From: Octopus sinensis
Lineage: Eukaryota
Reading direction: 5' to 3'
Length of the DNA: 64,000 nucleotides
Assembly: GCF_006345805.1 (NCBI RefSeq)
Contig: NC_043019.1
Location: forward strand, 22,071,360-22,135,359
The notes under the pieces were generated by a model. That model worked only from the letters and a program-made list of their open reading frames with translations, had not been told where the DNA came from and searched no databases. A program made the position numbers and the translations under genes. Shown one piece after another: positions 63,513-64,000 of this stretch (positions within the stretch are counted from its first letter, which is position 1; each line of letters begins with the position of its first letter).

Positions 63513-64000
63513 CACATACACACAATGAGCTTCTTTCAGTTTCTGTCTACCAAATCCACTCATAAGGCTTTGGTTGACCAAATGCTATAGCAGAAACACA
63601 AAACACTAAGGTGGCTTACCAAGGGACTGACTATGAAACCATGTGATTGACAAGCAAACTTCAGTGATATATGATTGACTATCATCTTACTATCATCATT
63701 ATTTAGCATCTGATGATGATGATGATGAGTAAGATTGTTTGACTGGAGCTGCACCAGGCTCTAGTCTGTTTTGGTTTGGTTTCTACAGCTGGATGCTTTT
63801 CCTAATGCCAACCATTCAACAGAGTGTACTGGGTGCCTTGAAATGCAATGCATGTCCTGTCCGTCACACTTGTAGCGGAAAACTAAAATAACAAACGGAG
63901 TGGAAGTGAGTGACTGTCAGAGACACTAAACGCAGGCAAACTAGGTTTCACTCTGATCTCACTGCACAAATTTTTATTGTAAGTAATACTTACTTTAACA

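Overview
AT-rich, microsatellite- and retroposon-dense animal genomic DNA, most likely cephalopod (Octopus-like; inferred from the tRNA-derived SINE families, not confirmed by a search). I reconstructed two spliced + strand genes by hand. TM2D1 is complete (6 coding exons, 12317-26533, 225 aa). MYSM1 is represented by its 5' part (7 exons, 51929-62604, SANT plus the start of SWIRM) and continues beyond the window. Each gene has one minor-spliceosome (U12-type) intron; the TM2D1 one has rare AT-AA termini. The rest is SINEs, RTE/CR1/Penelope LINE remnants, a mariner relic, MITEs, a Helitron and long microsatellites; most ORFs in the supplied track are repeat artefacts. The most unusual signal is that non-repeat DNA from 1 to about 12040, plus a patch in TM2D1 intron 1, reads like normal genomic DNA only when complemented without reversal. 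It shows inverted CG/GC and TA/AT biases and an apparent splice-site-bounded exon chain, while the transposons embedded in it read normally. This is either an assembly/processing artefact or something unexplained. All counts were made by hand and repeat boundaries are approximate.
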